64,000 nt of DNA from Gammaproteobacteria bacterium (GTDB taxonomy: Bacteria; Pseudomonadota; Gammaproteobacteria; GCA-001735895). The translations under genes were made by a program, and so were the position numbers. Where the stretch lies: positions 96,001-160,000 of the forward strand of contig JBNKUM010000101.1 of the NCBI GenBank assembly GCA_050298595.1, in the 5' to 3' direction. Below are positions 61,110 through 64,000 of the stretch, piece by piece; the first letter of the stretch is position 1, and the number at the start of each line of letters is the position of its first letter. Under the pieces are notes generated by a model that was given only the letters and a program-made list of their open reading frames with translations, did not search any database and was not told the DNA's origin.

Positions 61110-64000
61110 ATGAATCATCAACACCTGATCGATAGTGCCATTTTTGATATAGCTTACAGCGATGCAGCCATTGCTGCTGAACTGCAGGTGCCTGTTGATA
61201 GTTTTGTTAAAACCGATCTATTGCAGCTGATCGATCAATTATTTGATGAAACAGCTGACCGGCAAAATGTGTACCGTATTGATCGTCTAGAGCTAGATCT
61301 GGGTGACATTCCGAGTAAAGATTATAAACATGTCATGCGCCAGAGGCTGCGTCAGAAATTGACCCTATGGCTGTCTGATCTACGCGATTCACAGAAATAC
61401 CAACAGCTCGATAATAAACATTTTATCGATCATAAACATGCCCAGCAGGAAGCCCTGTTTTATTTTCTGCAACACGGCTATTTGCCCTGGTATGCCAAGA
61501 TTGATAGTGCCAGTGTGCTGCAGGGAGTTTTCACAGATAGCCTGCAATTAAATCCAAATAGAATGATAGATTTTATTTGTAACAGTAGAGGCCATAACAG
61601 CATAACAGAAAGGTTGCTGAGTCAATTTTCCATCCAATCTATCCAGCAACTGGCCAGACTACTGTCCACATCGCCGTCTAAAGAGGCACATAACTACCTT
61701 GCAAAATTACGACAGGCAAGTCCTGAAACTAACGATGTCGGTGCTTCAATAGACATAGCAGAAGATAGAAAATATTTGCAGGCGCTGTTGGTTTCAGCAT
61801 TATGCAGTGGTGATTTTTCGAAATTGGAGAGCTTCTGGCCTCAGTTGATCATTCAGGATGCAAAGTGGCTGGAGCAGACGCTTCGTTATTACGCGCAGCA
61901 GAAAAAATTACGTCATCAGATTGCTGTTGGTTTTTCTCCACAAATGTGCGAACAGTTATTTGCCCTGCTTGAGCCGATTCATTACCCCTTTATCTTGCAG
62001 CTCATCTCGCAGATGCAGGAGTTGCAATCGCTAGAACTGACTTCGCCAGTTACTGCTACGCAACAAAGACAAAATGTTGTTGAATTCACACTGACATATC
62101 TGCTGGTGGAACGTGGCAGCAATTTTAATAAAAAGTCTTACCTTGGCAGCCTGATCCGTCAAATGTCGATTTCCACTAATCAGCAGGAGTCAGCTTTACT
62201 ATCGAACCTGATCCAGCAAATGGATCAGGTGCCGCGGACTTCAGCGTTAGCGTTAAAGATGTACCAGCTACTAGAGGAGCTGAACCTTGAACTCGAGGGC
62301 TGTGAAGTAAATCCCCCGCAATCCACTGTGGAGCATGAATTATATGCACAGTATGAGCTGTTAGAAAACGCACTGCTTGACGTAACTGCTATCGGACAGA
62401 ATACCGAAACTCAATTGCTGGAGGCGATACAGGCACTGAAAAAATCGGCGCCGTTGCTATTAGTACACCTTTTGCACAGACTACAAATGGCGACTTCCAG
62501 TAATCAGCAGGAGTCAGCTTTTCTATCCAGGCTGATCCTTCAAATGGGTCAGTTGCCCGGCACTTCTGCATTAGCAGATGAGCTGCAGCAGCTAATAGGC
62601 GAGCTAAACCTTGAACTAATGAGCCGTGAAATAAATCCACCACAGACCCTTAAACAGAATGAATATTATGAGCAGTTACAAAATGTACTGCTTGACGAAA
62701 CGTCTTTCGGACAGAATATCGAAACGCAATTACTTGAAGCGATACAGGCACTGAGAAAATCTGCGCCCTGGTTATTAGTACGCCTGTTGCACAGGCTGCT
62801 GCAAATGGCGACCTCCAGTAATCAGCAGGAGCCCACTTTTCTATCCAGCATGATCCGGCAAATGAAGCAGTTGCCGGGTAGTTCTGCATTAGCCGCTGAA
62901 CTGCAACGGTTACTAGGAGAGCTGACCCCGCCCCCTAAAGAGAATGAATTATTTGCACAGTATGAGCGGTTACAAAATGCACTGCTTGACGAAACGGGTT
63001 TCGCACAGAACATCGAAACACACTGGCTTGAGGCGATACAGGCACTGAAAAAATCCGCGCCCTGGCAATTAATACGCCTGTTACACCGGCTACAGATGAC
63101 GACTTCCAGTAATCACCAGGTGACGGCTTTTCTATCCAGGCTAATCCAGCAAATGGATCAGTTGCCCTGGACTTCTGCATTAGCAGCTGAGCTGCAACAG
63201 CTAATTGGGGAGCTGAAGCCTGAGCAGATAAGCGGTGAAGTAAATCTCCCACAGCCCCCAGTGGCGAATGAATTATTTGCACAGTATCAGCTGTTACAAA
63301 ATGCACTGCTTAACGAAATTAGTATTGCACAGAATAACGAAACGCAATGGCTTGAGACGATACAGGCTCTAAAAAAATCCGCGCCGTGGTTATTAATACG
63401 CCTGTTGCACAGACTGAAAATGGCGACTTCCCATAATCAGCAGAGGTCAGCTTTTCTATCCAGGCTGATCCAGCAAATGGATCAGTTGCCTCGGTCTTCA
63501 GCATTCTCGGTTGAGCTGCAACAGCTAATTGGAGAGCTGAAGCTAGAACTAATAACTCGTGAAGAAAATCCTCCGCAACCACCAGTGGAGAATGAGTTAT
63601 ATGCCCAGTATGAGCTGTTACAAAACGCACTGTTTGACGAAACTTTTATCGGAAAGAATAGCGAAAGGCAATTGCTTGAAGCGATACAGGCACTGAGTAA
63701 ATCCGCACCCTGGTTATTAATCCGCCTGTTGCAAAGACTTCAAAGTGTCAATCCAGCCAGTTTACCAGGTTTTAAAAATATCCCCCTGGCACTGCTGCAC
63801 GAGCTGACCCATACCTTACTGTCGTTAACGACTCAGTCGAGTGACTACAGGCCATCCGATTTAATGCTTTCGCTGAAAAAGCATGCTAGCACTTCCTGTG
63901 ATCAGCATGCTTTCTATCGGCGTATCCTTGGGTTTATAGCGAGGAATGAAGCTATAGATTTTGATCAGCTGGCCAAAGCACCTAAGGAGCCAATTGCAGT
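61110..64000 (+). CDS. eCIS tape-measure protein (Afp14-like), 3' partial, at least 963 aa
   Basis: Reading frame open to the window end; HLID, RIDRLELDLG, FLQHGYLPW, LVERGS.FNKKSYL motifs; follows the Afp12-like gene. Confidence 0.85.
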   Translation, partial: MNHQHLIDSAIFDIAYSDAAIAAELQVPVDSFVKTDLLQLIDQLFDETADRQNVYRIDRLELDLGDIPSKDYKHVMRQRLRQKLTLWLSDLRDSQKYQQLDNKHFIDHKHAQQEALFYFLQHGYLPWYAKIDSASVLQGVFTDSLQLNPNRMIDFICNSRGHNSITERLLSQFSIQSIQQLARLLSTSPSKEAHNYLAKLRQASPETNDVGASIDIAEDRKYLQALLVSALCSGDFSKLESFWPQLIIQDAKWLEQTLRYYAQQKKLRHQIAVGFSPQMCEQLFALLEPIHYPFILQLISQMQELQSLELTSPVTATQQRQNVVEFTLTYLLVERGSNFNKKSYLGSLIRQMSISTNQQESALLSNLIQQMDQVPRTSALALKMYQLLEELNLELEGCEVNPPQSTVEHELYAQYELLENALLDVTAIGQNTETQLLEAIQALKKSAPLLLVHLLHRLQMATSSNQQESAFLSRLILQMGQLPGTSALADELQQLIGELNLELMSREINPPQTLKQNEYYEQLQNVLLDETSFGQNIETQLLEAIQALRKSAPWLLVRLLHRLLQMATSSNQQEPTFLSSMIRQMKQLPGSSALAAELQRLLGELTPPPKENELFAQYERLQNALLDETGFAQNIETHWLEAIQALKKSAPWQLIRLLHRLQMTTSSNHQVTAFLSRLIQQMDQLPWTSALAAELQQLIGELKPEQISGEVNLPQPPVANELFAQYQLLQNALLNEISIAQNNETQWLETIQALKKSAPWLLIRLLHRLKMATSHNQQRSAFLSRLIQQMDQLPRSSAFSVELQQLIGELKLELITREENPPQPPVENELYAQYELLQNALFDETFIGKNSERQLLEAIQALSKSAPWLLIRLLQRLQSVNPASLPGFKNIPLALLHELTHTLLSLTTQSSDYRPSDLMLSLKKHASTSCDQHAFYRRILGFIARNEAIDFDQLAKAPKEPIA
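62160..63740 (+). repeat. Five in-frame tandem repeats (324, 318, 291, 324, 324 bp) in the tape-measure gene
   Basis: Units start at 62160, 62484, 62802, 63093, 63417; consensus QMATSSNQQ.SAFLS.LIQQM.QLP.TSALA.ELQQL.GEL...LFAQYE.LQNALLDE...LEAIQALKKSAPWLL.RLLHRL. Confidence 0.95.

Noticed and set aside
62176-63630. Family of similar minus-strand ORFs
   Set aside because: Antisense shadows of the tape-measure tandem repeats; the + frame is continuously open

Overview
Gammaproteobacterial chromosome segment with four zones. (1) 1-19485: core genes (crcB, serS, skp, ygiQ, rne, rluC, sppA, maf, yceD-rpmF-plsX-fabH, uvrY-uvrC-pgsA, tRNA Gly-Cys-Leu). (2) About 19490-31850: AT-rich accessory island behind tRNA-Leu with no integrase. 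It holds palindromic repeats, IS3, ISL3 and IS5/IS1182-type remnants, and a RAYT-type HUH/Y1 transposase with inverted ends. A 230-bp internally deleted copy of that element and further end motifs separate small cargo genes. The island also has two paralogous 92-aa membrane proteins and a dapA preceded by an apparent Lys-codon attenuator. (3) 31900-45800: housekeeping and accessory genes (GGDEF, Na/Pi symporter, LMF, slt, LysR, SMI1/KNR4). (4) 46452-64000: an Afp/PVC/MAC-like contractile injection system (eCIS) operon whose tape-measure gene has five ~108-aa tandem repeats and runs off the window. Best leads: the RAYT-delimited cassette-like array, the lysine attenuator and the repeat-expanded eCIS. 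All calls come from reading the sequence and recognising motifs; no searches were run.
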